The notes under the pieces are model-generated. The model was not told the DNA's origin. It ran no database searches and saw nothing but the letters and a program-made list of their open reading frames with translations. Positions 38,209 to 46,860 of a stretch of DNA of 64,000 nt are shown piece by piece; position 1 is the stretch's first letter, and each line of letters opens with the position of its first letter. The position numbers and the translations under genes are program-made. Source of the stretch: Clostridiales bacterium (GTDB lineage: Bacteria > Bacillota > Clostridia > Christensenellales > CAG-314); NCBI GenBank assembly GCA_022508305.1, contig JAFLVM010000002.1, positions 91,729 to 155,728 on the forward strand. Reading direction: 5' to 3'.

Positions 38209-38281
38209 ATAGGTTAGTATTATATGTAAAGAGTATACAATACCTTGGCAACTTAACGTAAAAAAACTAAGATGGGGTAAC

Positions 38282-41200
38282 ATGAAAAAATACTTAATTT
38301 TAGTGTTAGTAATAGTTTTGGCGCTGTGTTTGACGGTTGCTTTGACGGCATGTAACGTACACAAGCACGTGTTGAGCGAGTTGATAGACGAAGTTCCGGC
38401 TACTTGCGCTGACGGTGTCAAGGCTCACTACGAATGTACGGGCTGCGACGCGTTATTTGACGAGAACAAACAAGAGGTCAAGGCGTCGGATTTGGTTATT
38501 CCCGCGACAAAGGAACATACTCCCGAACTTGTTGTAGGCGTACCTCAAACGGACTGCTCGGTGGCAGGACTTACAGACGGCTACAAATGCGCAGTTTGCG
38601 GCGAGATACTCGTTCCGCAAGAGGTTATTCCCGCCAAAGCCCACACTTTCGGCGAATGGGACGAAGTGTACCGGGCTACGGAGACAACTTCCGGCTTGAA
38701 GACCCGCAAGTGCGAAGTATGCGGACAAATTGAATCGCAGTATACCGATTTGTTGCCTCACGAGTGGAGCAACTGGACGGATAACGGCGACGGTACGCAC
38801 ACCCGTACCTGTTCGCAAAAAGATTGTCAAATAGGCATTCAAACGGAAACCTGCCTGTACAACGACGGCGAGGCTACTGCCGCAACCTGTCTTGACGGCG
38901 GATTTACCACCTACAAATGTACGGTTTGCGGACATATCGAAAAGAGAGAAGAAGTGTCGGCGCTCGGTCACGACTACGGCGACGGTAAGTATACGGCAGA
39001 TTACGTCGGATTGGAAAATTTGGACAACCACACCCACACTCATTCCCGTATTTGCAGACGTTGCAGCGAGGTTGACACCCAAAACTGTGTATTTTCAACT
39101 ACGGAAGTCGTACAGCCAACCTGTGAACTGGGCGGTTACACCAAGCATATTTGCGCTGAATGCGGCAGCATTCACGAAGATACTTTGACTAACGCTACAG
39201 GACACGATTGGGGGCAATGGACGTACGACGAAACAACGGCTGACACCCACAGGCGTACCTGTTCTAACGATTTAACGCACGTGGAAACTCAAAGTTGCGT
39301 GTACGTTGACGAAGTAACCCAACCTACGTGCAATAGCGTAGGATTCACAACTCACACCTGCTCCGTGTGTAAACACTCCACAAAGGACAGCGAAACGGCA
39401 ATGCTTCAACACGTTTTCGGCGATTGGGAGTACGCAGGACAGGATGACGGAGTTCACAAACATCAACATACATGTTTGCTGTGTCAAACGGTATTCAAAG
39501 AAAACTGTAAGATAGTGAACATTGAGCAGGCGGCAAACTGCTTGCAAAGCGGCAGCGATTCGGAAGTATGTGAAGTTTGTCTTACCTGCGTTTCCGAAAC
39601 GGAAATCAAGCCTCTCGGACACAATTGGGGAAGCTGGACGGACAACGGAGACGGCACTCACTCCCGCGTTTGCAAAAACGACAACTCTCACGTTGAAGCA
39701 AATATCAACCACAACTACACAGTAGAAGTAACGCCTGCCGACTGCCTCAACGCAAGAGTAGACCGTTACACCTGTGTTGACTGCAACAGTACCAAGACGG
39801 AAACGGTTGGCGAGCCTCTCGGACACAGCTGGGGCGCTTGGGTAGTTACCGCTACTGAACACTCGCGTACGTGTCTGTTGGATACCAATCACCGTGAACA
39901 GGCGGCTCACAGCTGGACTACTACAAACCTTTGCAACAGCTGCGAATTCGACGCTCTCACCTACGTGTTGATGGGCGGCAGCTACGTCGTAGCTAACGAC
40001 AACAAATTGCCCGCCACAGTCAAGACGGTAATTATCCGCTCAACCTATACGGCAGCGGGAGACATCACTTCGCGCGTAGTTACGGAAATTGCGCACTCGG
40101 CATTCTACGGCAACAGCAAAATAACGTCGGTAGTGCTGCCCGAAACGTTGACGGTAATCAACTACGAAGCCTTCTACAACTGCACGTCGCTTGCAAGTGT
40201 AACGTTCGGCGACAGGTCGGCGCTTGTAACGATAGACAATAGCGCGTTCTATGGCTGCGCGGCGCTTGAAAGCATTGAAATTCCCAATTCTGTTACGACC
40301 ATTGGTTTAAGCGCTTTCTACAACTGTTCAAGTCTTCGCGACGTAACGATGCCCGACTCTGTTACCTCTATCGGAAGTCGCGCGTTCTACAACACCGCTT
40401 TGTACAATGCTCACGGCAACTGGACGGACGGCGTTCTGTATCTCAACAAACACCTCATCAAGGCAGATGCAAGCGTAAGCGGCGAGTACGTAGTAGCAAA
40501 CGGTACAATTACGATTGGTTGGCAGGCGTTTAGCGATTGTGTAAACCTTACCAAAATCTCCCTTCCCGCAACGCTTTGCTACGTTGAGCGCGACGCATTC
40601 TTGGGTTGCTTGGTATTGACGGAAGTAGAGTATAGCGGAACCATGTACAACTGGTTTGACATTACCTTCGTCAACGACGCGTCCAGCCCGCTGTACTACG
40701 CGGCAAGACTGCACATCGAGGGAGCGATTGGCGAAATAGTAATTCCCGATCACGTCAAGGCAATCCCTGCAGGCACGTTCCGTGGCACTGGCATCACAAG
40801 CGTAGTTATTCCTAACGGCGTAACGAGCATAGGCGAAGAAGCGTTTGAAAACTGCGTAAATCTCACTTCCATTACCATTCCCGATAGCGTTACCTACATC
40901 GGCGCAAACGCATTTACAGGTACCGGGTACTATCTCAACGATAGCAACTGGAACAATGACGACGGAGTAAACGGTGTACTGTACATCAACAATCATCTCA
41001 TTGCTGCCAAAGCAGACGTTGTAACAGGCGAATTGACGGTTCGCGACGGCACGATAACGATAGGCGTTGACGCATTCAAGGATTGCGTAGATATCACCAA
41101 GGTTACAATTGCTGCAAGTGTAGTGCGTATCGGCGCAGGCGCGTTTGGCGGTTGTACAAATCTCAAAAACGTGGTATTTGCCAATAGCAACAGCAGTTGG

Positions 41201-41317
41201 ATGGCAAATAGAGTACAAAGCATAAGTAGAGTAGTAAAAGTCGCCAATTTGACGTCTAATGAAATTGCCGAACAGTTTACCTTCTACAACGGCGAATGGA
41301 AGCTTTTGAACCAATAA
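38282..41317 (+). CDS. Surface lipoprotein: Cys/His-rich zinc-ribbon-like repeat array fused to BspA-type LRR (LRR_5) domain
   Basis: 1011 aa with lipobox LTAC. The N-terminal half has about 6 modules of the type GH.WG.W...DGTH.R.C....E...C.Y......TC...G.T...C..CGH. The C-terminal half has LRR_5 repeats (IPNSVTTIGLSAFYNCSSLRDVTMPDSVTSIGSRAFYN). Confidence 0.85.
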   Translation: MKKYLILVLVIVLALCLTVALTACNVHKHVLSELIDEVPATCADGVKAHYECTGCDALFDENKQEVKASDLVIPATKEHTPELVVGVPQTDCSVAGLTDGYKCAVCGEILVPQEVIPAKAHTFGEWDEVYRATETTSGLKTRKCEVCGQIESQYTDLLPHEWSNWTDNGDGTHTRTCSQKDCQIGIQTETCLYNDGEATAATCLDGGFTTYKCTVCGHIEKREEVSALGHDYGDGKYTADYVGLENLDNHTHTHSRICRRCSEVDTQNCVFSTTEVVQPTCELGGYTKHICAECGSIHEDTLTNATGHDWGQWTYDETTADTHRRTCSNDLTHVETQSCVYVDEVTQPTCNSVGFTTHTCSVCKHSTKDSETAMLQHVFGDWEYAGQDDGVHKHQHTCLLCQTVFKENCKIVNIEQAANCLQSGSDSEVCEVCLTCVSETEIKPLGHNWGSWTDNGDGTHSRVCKNDNSHVEANINHNYTVEVTPADCLNARVDRYTCVDCNSTKTETVGEPLGHSWGAWVVTATEHSRTCLLDTNHREQAAHSWTTTNLCNSCEFDALTYVLMGGSYVVANDNKLPATVKTVIIRSTYTAAGDITSRVVTEIAHSAFYGNSKITSVVLPETLTVINYEAFYNCTSLASVTFGDRSALVTIDNSAFYGCAALESIEIPNSVTTIGLSAFYNCSSLRDVTMPDSVTSIGSRAFYNTALYNAHGNWTDGVLYLNKHLIKADASVSGEYVVANGTITIGWQAFSDCVNLTKISLPATLCYVERDAFLGCLVLTEVEYSGTMYNWFDITFVNDASSPLYYAARLHIEGAIGEIVIPDHVKAIPAGTFRGTGITSVVIPNGVTSIGEEAFENCVNLTSITIPDSVTYIGANAFTGTGYYLNDSNWNNDDGVNGVLYINNHLIAAKADVVTGELTVRDGTITIGVDAFKDCVDITKVTIAASVVRIGAGAFGGCTNLKNVVFANSNSSWMANRVQSISRVVKVANLTSNEIAEQFTFYNGEWKLLNQ

Positions 41318-41385
41318 ACAGTTGAAAATTGTATCTTCGTACAATTTAAGCTAAAATGCACAAAACTTTCCAATTGAAAAGAACA

Positions 41386-41416
41386 AAATTCGGTTGCCTC
41401 CGCAACCGAATTTTTG
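41386..41416 (+). terminator. Terminator
   Basis: AAATTCGGTTGC, CTCC loop, GCAACCGAATTT, then TTT. Confidence 0.9.
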
Positions 41417-41617
41417 TTTGTGAGACTTATTATTCAACGCTTACATTTATACTTGATGTTTGTTCATGACGCAAGATTTCTTCAATATGTGTTTCTTTAT
41501 TTTATTTATCACTTATTTAATAAAAAACAAACAATTGCTTAACAAAAACGCAATGAAACAGGTATATATAATAATCTTTACAATAGTAGTGTAAAGCCCT
41601 AAAACGCTAATTTTTTA

Positions 41618-41639
41618 CTAAGATAACATTCAATTATTG
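41618..41639 (+). promoter_or_regulatory. Shared 22-nt 5' element, copy 1 (upstream of the 762-aa gene)
   Basis: CTAAGATAACATTCAATTATTG ends 12 nt before ATG 41652 and abuts the SD (GAAGG). It matches copy 2 on the opposite strand at 21 of 22 positions. Confidence 0.7.
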
Positions 41640-41651
41640 AAGGTATAACCG

Positions 41652-43940
41652 ATGTACACACTGGACGAAACGATTTCCAAAACCATTAAAGAACGGCTTG
41701 ACGACGGACAACGAGTAATCAGTCTTAAGCTACCCTACGGAGAAGTTTATACAAACTATTTAAATATTCCTGATTACAAGCTATATTACTGGGACAATAC
41801 CAAAGACAAACTTTGTTTTAGAAACGACAAAACTAAGATTATTTTCAAGTTTTTGTTTTGGTTGGCAGAAGTTGTCTTGTTTGCTTTGCAGTGTATATTA
41901 CAAGTTCCGGTAGATCCGATGAGCGTACTTGCGCTTACGGGCGAGTTTGCCGAACTAAGCATACAGTTTTTTGACACAACGTCTAATATCAACAATGACG
42001 TTTTTAAATCACTTTCCAAACATATAAAAATCAAAAAACGTCCCTGTAAAGAATACAAAAAAATTAAAAAGGTGTTTTATATCTTCCTAGACAAAAATAC
42101 GTCTAAGGACTTATACAATACCGCTCTTTTGCTTGCAGATTTAGTTAACAATGGGTACGTGGATAATTTGGCGGTAGTATTTTTGTCTACCGTGGACTTA
42201 AAAAATCCCCATCAAGAGCTGCTGAAACTTGACGGACTATCCGAAGAAGAAAACGAATTTGCCTGTAATTTCGGGCGCGATATTCTTGTTTGCATTCGTG
42301 ATAAGCGATATGCGGACGCCGCGATTCAAATAGGCAAATTTATATCAAATCAAGGACTTGAAAACGCAGACATATTTAATTTTGCTATGCAATGCTTATC
42401 CTTTTGTTACGAAAGGTTGAACGAAGCAGATTTTCGACGTCTGTTTGAAGAGAATGAAATAAATATTCATGAGGAACTGAACTTTGGTAAAAACAATAAT
42501 TTTATCGAAAATTTGCAAATCAACAATTCATTTTTGAGATTTTGTTACGGTTGTTTACAACATTACTACCGAAAGAGCAGCGGCGTTCATTCGAATAGTC
42601 TTGACGACAATTTTTTGCAAATAGTAAAAGCTATTCAAAGTAACTTGGTTACAAACAACGACTACTATTCCGCGGCGCAACTGTTTGCAAAGTTCGGCGG
42701 CGTTGAGGAGACCGTAGACGCGTATATTTTGGCATACGTTCACTCTCAATACGTCAATTATTCTGTCAGTGATGAAATATTGCTTGCCATTGAACAATAC
42801 AGTCTTGCATCGTCGAAAGCAAAACTGTTTTTGCAATTGCACGAATTGAACAAGGAGGAAAATCCCGACCCCATATCCGTAAAATCTTTCATAGCGCAGG
42901 TGGAAAATATTAAATTTTCCGACCCCATATTGAAAATATGCTTTTATTACTATCTTGTAAACCCAATTTACAAGAGTGATTGCTGTGATGTAAAGTTTAT
43001 GCGCAATTATATAAGCGCTTACACCTCGTTGAATAGTCAAAACAAAGCGTTTAGGTGTCTGTTTGGCGCGCAGTTTTTGTTACTTTACACAACTATCGAA
43101 GACGTCGAATTGCGCAACAAATTTGGCAAATCAGTAGACACAATTTTTCATTATGTTCGTGAAAATATCTATTTAATAAAAGACAAGGTTGTATATTTCA
43201 AGATTTACCGTTCGTTAAACGGTATATACGTTGACAGATTTCACGAAAATCTCCGTCAGATGTTATCAATAAAAAAGAACGTAGCGGTATATGAAAAAGA
43301 AAATATACTTTACAACATAAATTTGGGCGCAACGTATGCCTTTTGCGGAGACTACAAGTCGGCGCTAACCACGTACAAAAACTTGAAGAAAAAACAGCTA
43401 AACCTGCTGCCACTGTATGTAAAAGCATCGCATCAAAATAACTTCGCGGTATTGCAATATCTGGACAACCCAACCGTAGATAATGCAAAGATTCTGTACA
43501 AACAAACAGATGATTTCTTACGCAAATTCTACGATGAAAAAACCGTTACGGAAGAGACGCGACACTTAGCAATCAACAGGGCATTGTTTGCTATTTTGGG
43601 GCAGTTGCCGAGCAAATTGATTCAACTTGCAATCAACGAGGCGAATGCTCTTTGCGACGACAACTATTTCAAATTTTATATGCAGCAGGCGCAATGGCTT
43701 TACAACGTATTGCGCCACGAACAAATATCCGAGGAAATAATAGAAAGCGTATTTTTCTCAAACAAGATATCTTTCTTCGAGCAAAAAATTGCCGTTATGA
43801 ACTCTGCAACCGATATCAAACAGTTATCTGTCGGTAAGTTAAACGCTATACTTAAAGAAGAATTATCAGACTTTGATGACGACTACGATTATTTCAAAAA
43901 TGCTGCTGTATTTAGTTTAGTGGAGCGTTGGTACGAGTAA
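41652..43940 (+). CDS. Large helical-repeat protein of unknown function (possible degenerate KAP-type P-loop with TM insertion)
   Basis: 762 aa, AT-rich codons. RVISLKLPYGEVYTNYL sits where a Walker A would be (G and K lost). A TM-like segment IIFKFLFWLAEVVLFALQCILQV follows, then KVFYIFLDKNTS (Walker-B-like), then about 550 aa of helical, TPR-like sequence. There is no intact NTPase motif. Confidence 0.7.
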   Translation: MYTLDETISKTIKERLDDGQRVISLKLPYGEVYTNYLNIPDYKLYYWDNTKDKLCFRNDKTKIIFKFLFWLAEVVLFALQCILQVPVDPMSVLALTGEFAELSIQFFDTTSNINNDVFKSLSKHIKIKKRPCKEYKKIKKVFYIFLDKNTSKDLYNTALLLADLVNNGYVDNLAVVFLSTVDLKNPHQELLKLDGLSEEENEFACNFGRDILVCIRDKRYADAAIQIGKFISNQGLENADIFNFAMQCLSFCYERLNEADFRRLFEENEINIHEELNFGKNNNFIENLQINNSFLRFCYGCLQHYYRKSSGVHSNSLDDNFLQIVKAIQSNLVTNNDYYSAAQLFAKFGGVEETVDAYILAYVHSQYVNYSVSDEILLAIEQYSLASSKAKLFLQLHELNKEENPDPISVKSFIAQVENIKFSDPILKICFYYYLVNPIYKSDCCDVKFMRNYISAYTSLNSQNKAFRCLFGAQFLLLYTTIEDVELRNKFGKSVDTIFHYVRENIYLIKDKVVYFKIYRSLNGIYVDRFHENLRQMLSIKKNVAVYEKENILYNINLGATYAFCGDYKSALTTYKNLKKKQLNLLPLYVKASHQNNFAVLQYLDNPTVDNAKILYKQTDDFLRKFYDEKTVTEETRHLAINRALFAILGQLPSKLIQLAINEANALCDDNYFKFYMQQAQWLYNVLRHEQISEEIIESVFFSNKISFFEQKIAVMNSATDIKQLSVGKLNAILKEELSDFDDDYDYFKNAAVFSLVERWYE

Positions 43941-44972
43941 CTTTTGAAACAGCAGAATTTGATAAATTGTTCTGTCATCATTGCTTACCTGTTTTAACGC
44001 AGTGTTGGCAGAACTGCATCTGGAAATAGTTGGGTTTGGCGTTATGTCAAAAAGGTACGTTTTGTCGCCACTTACCATGAAATCAAAACGCGCAATGGAT
44101 TCAAAACCAAGTATAGAATAAGCGCGCAAGGCTTGTTCCATAACCATTTTACTCGTTTTTCCTGTGTATATTTCAAAATCGTATTGGTCGTATGCCACAG
44201 TTGTGTAGTCTAAGTATTCACCCTGTTTTACTATTTTGACAGGCGTGGAGACGTATAGTTGATCGTACCAAGGCAGTACGGTACATTCCACCTCATCGCC
44301 TTGAATAAACTCTTCCAAAAAGACAGACTTGTATTCCTCTAATGATTTAGATATGATTTGCTTTGCATCTTCGTCATCTACGTCTTTCGTTATCTTTTCT
44401 ATTCCTATACTTGCCGATTCGCTGTTTGGTTTGAGCAGTACGGCATCCACTGTACGTCTAAAACCGTTTGCAAGATTCATGTCGTTCTCCGGCATAAAGA
44501 GCCTATGGGGTAAAGAAACTTCGTTTTCTAAAAGTTGATGCATGAGTTTTTTGTCTCCGCCTAAAAATGAAGAACGCGAATTTGAAGAGATGTTGACAAA
44601 TCCGTAGTATTCACAAACAAGCGGAACAAAACAGCGCCGTCCGACACCGAACAAGTTTTGCGCCATAGAGTAGACGTATACGTTATCGTACCTGTTTTTT
44701 AGCTTTGGCGCTTGAGCGATAAATTGGTCTTCCCCGTCAATCAAAATTACTTTCAGTCCGCGTACCGAATGTAACGCATCGCTGATAAGTGCTATTTCAT
44801 CATCATAAACGCATTCCGAACGGTGAACTTCATCTATCTCATTGTTATCTAAGGAATTGTAAACAAAAACAACGCAACTGTTGTCAAAATCTTTACCTTT
44901 TAACTTTATGCTTTGTTTTACTTCATTAAATTCTTGCTTTAATTGCTCGCTTGTAATTACACCTTTTATCAT
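43917..44972 (-). CDS. ATP-grasp enzyme, D-Ala-D-Ala-ligase-like
   Basis: 351 aa. LGGDKKLMHQLL, VLLKPNSESASIGI, EEFIQGDEVECTVLP and ARFDFMVSGDKTYLFDITPNPTIS parallel the Ddl/ATP-grasp motifs. SD GAGG lies 7 nt before the ATG. The 3' end overlaps the convergent 762-aa gene by 24 nt. Confidence 0.75.
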   Translation of the reverse strand: MIKGVITSEQLKQEFNEVKQSIKLKGKDFDNSCVVFVYNSLDNNEIDEVHRSECVYDDEIALISDALHSVRGLKVILIDGEDQFIAQAPKLKNRYDNVYVYSMAQNLFGVGRRCFVPLVCEYYGFVNISSNSRSSFLGGDKKLMHQLLENEVSLPHRLFMPENDMNLANGFRRTVDAVLLKPNSESASIGIEKITKDVDDEDAKQIISKSLEEYKSVFLEEFIQGDEVECTVLPWYDQLYVSTPVKIVKQGEYLDYTTVAYDQYDFEIYTGKTSKMVMEQALRAYSILGFESIARFDFMVSGDKTYLFDITPNPTISRCSSANTALKQVSNDDRTIYQILLFQKLLVPTLH

Positions 44973-44993
44973 TAGAATACCTCAATTTGACGA

Positions 44994-45015
44994 CAATAAT
45001 TGAATGTTATTTTAG
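44994..45015 (-). promoter_or_regulatory. Shared 22-nt 5' element, copy 2 (upstream of the ATP-grasp gene)
   Basis: The minus strand reads CTAAAATAACATTCAATTATTG, 21 nt before ATG 44972. A TTGACA (minus strand, 45055-45060) lies upstream. Confidence 0.7.
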
Positions 45016-45042
45016 TGAGATGAGGAGACAATTAAGCGTGAA

Positions 45043-45080
45043 AATAACTGCCATTGTCAAATAGCAATGGCAGTTTGTGT
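45043..45080 (-). terminator. Terminator after the PadR-hydrolase operon
   Basis: AACTGCCATTG (45051-61), 8-nt loop, CAATGGCAGTT (45070-80). The minus-strand downstream sequence is ATTTTC. Confidence 0.7.
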
Positions 45081-45130
45081 GAAAAAGTAGTGTAGACTAT
45101 TCGCGTGAGCGATCTATAATTCTTAGCGTT

Positions 45131-45919
45131 TTATTTACGGTAATTTAGCCAAAAGTTTTCCATATAGTTATTGAACTCGTTTGGTTTGTCCATATTTACG
45201 CAATGCCCCGCGCCTTGAAAAATAACTTTGTCACAGTTTTCGTATTCTGCCCACTCGTTGACAATTTCTATTTCCATTGGGATGTCGTGTTCACCGCAAC
45301 CAACTAACAAACTGTAAGGTCTTTGCTTTTGTGGGTATTTATTGACAAAATTTTGCAGTTTTGCCAAATACATAAAGGAGCTCTTTTTGAACTGTAAATT
45401 GAGTCGGTAAAATTCTTCCTGCGCCTCAGTGGTGTAAGCGGAAATCTTTTTATTTGCCTTTGCAAACCACTTTATTGAAAAGAGCGCTTTTAGCATCATC
45501 ATCATTTGACCCTTGGAGTTGCTTTGTTGTCTTTTGAGGTCAAAATTGTTTATGTCATAACCGCCGAAACATGCAAGTGAGAGAACTTTGTCTTCGTATT
45601 TATTTGCAAAGTCTTGTATAAACACTGAGCCCAACGAAACGCCCACAAAATGCGCGGCAGCGATATTGTGTTTTTGGAAAATCCCGCTAATCCAGTCGGA
45701 CATTTTCTCAATAGTGTCGCCTTTCTTTGCGTTAATTGAATTTCCGTGACCTAAAATATCAATTGCGAGCAAGTTGTATTTACCGGCAAAGTAATTAAAT
45801 TGTTTTTCAAACATTCTGTGGTCTACGAAAGCCGCGTGAACAAATACTACCCAGTCGTTGTTCGCCGTATCATCAATGTAGTATGCAATAGGGGAGTTTT
45901 CAAGATATAACGTTTGCAT
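45131..45919 (-). CDS. Alpha/beta-fold hydrolase
   Basis: 262 aa. VVFVHAAFVDHRMF, GHGNS, nucleophile elbow GVSLGS, and a C-terminal GAGHCVNMDKP. SD AAGGAG. Confidence 0.8.
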   Translation of the reverse strand: MQTLYLENSPIAYYIDDTANNDWVVFVHAAFVDHRMFEKQFNYFAGKYNLLAIDILGHGNSINAKKGDTIEKMSDWISGIFQKHNIAAAHFVGVSLGSVFIQDFANKYEDKVLSLACFGGYDINNFDLKRQQSNSKGQMMMMLKALFSIKWFAKANKKISAYTTEAQEEFYRLNLQFKKSSFMYLAKLQNFVNKYPQKQRPYSLLVGCGEHDIPMEIEIVNEWAEYENCDKVIFQGAGHCVNMDKPNEFNNYMENFWLNYRK

Positions 45920-45931
45920 TTCATTCGCTCC

Positions 45932-46459
45932 TTACCTTATTTTTTCTAAGAATTTCTTGTACCATTCTAAATTAAACAGCATCAAATCGCGTCCGTAGAT
46001 AGCAGTTTGCAATTGGTAAAACAATAGATCATTGTCTTGTAGTCCAGTTGATAAACGTTCTCCCTCTTTACAAATTACGTCTAATTCAGAATAAAGTTTG
46101 TGCAATTCGTCAATATGCTTTTCTATCATATTGATACGGTTTTCTTTTTCGGAAAAACCCATAAAGTAGATTTTGGCAAGCTCAGGATTCTTGGCGGAAT
46201 TGTTTTCAATTGGACTGTTTACCCATCTGTTGAAATAATCTTTTCCTTCTTCAGTAATGCTGTACAACTTTTTCAATTTGCCGTTTTCAGTTACTTCATT
46301 AACGCAAATATATCTGCTTTTCAAGAGTTTTTTGATAGCTGCTTGTATACTTCCCGTACTACAGCTGTACATCAAATTCAAACCCTCGTTTATACGCTTG
46401 CGTAATTGATATATCGTTCTCGCTTGTAATAACAGTAACCCTAAAATTATATTTTCCAT
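45932..46459 (-). CDS. PadR-family transcriptional regulator
   Basis: 175 aa. ILGLLLLQARTIYQLRKRINEGLNLMYSCSTGSIQAAIKKLLKSRYI...KLYSITEEGKDYF is a PadR winged helix. The stop is 12 nt before the hydrolase start. Confidence 0.85.
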   Translation of the reverse strand: MENIILGLLLLQARTIYQLRKRINEGLNLMYSCSTGSIQAAIKKLLKSRYICVNEVTENGKLKKLYSITEEGKDYFNRWVNSPIENNSAKNPELAKIYFMGFSEKENRINMIEKHIDELHKLYSELDVICKEGERLSTGLQDNDLLFYQLQTAIYGRDLMLFNLEWYKKFLEKIR

Positions 46460-46474
46460 GCTTCCCCTCCGATA

Positions 46475-46487
46475 TTACTAATAGTAA
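46475..46487. promoter_or_regulatory. Perfect palindrome TTACTA-A-TAGTAA in the padR 5' region (candidate autoregulatory operator)
   Basis: Located 16-28 nt upstream of the padR start codon. It is a 6-1-6 perfect inverted repeat. Confidence 0.4.
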
Positions 46488-46860
46488 CATATTTGTGTAT
46501 CGTTGTCAATAATATTTACGGCAAGAAACATGAAACAATAGCAAATGTTGTTCTTAATCATGCGGTGGATAGGATGGTCGCTTTTTGAGTTATATGTTTT
46601 ATGGAAATATCTTTTGAGATAAAAGAAACTTTAGATTGAATAAGTGTGATTTAATATTGAAAATTATCTAAAATTTTTTTTAATTTTATTTTCACAATTA
46701 TCTTAACAAATATGGTCGATATCAAGTATATATGTAAAATTGAATTATTAATTGTGCATTTAATGAGATTTTTCAATGATTTACTTCAATCATTAGTGAC
46801 TACGGTTCGCAACATTATTGGAGTATATATTCTTTATGTGATTAAACGGGAGGAATATAG

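Noticed and set aside
41420-41651. A search for a direct repeat of the ssrA 3' end (att site) and for integrase remnants at the left island boundary and at 46460-46860
   Set aside because: I found nothing beyond 6-8-nt matches by eye (for example GTGTTTCT at 41488 and 50014), which is not significant. No integrase-like ORF exists in the island.
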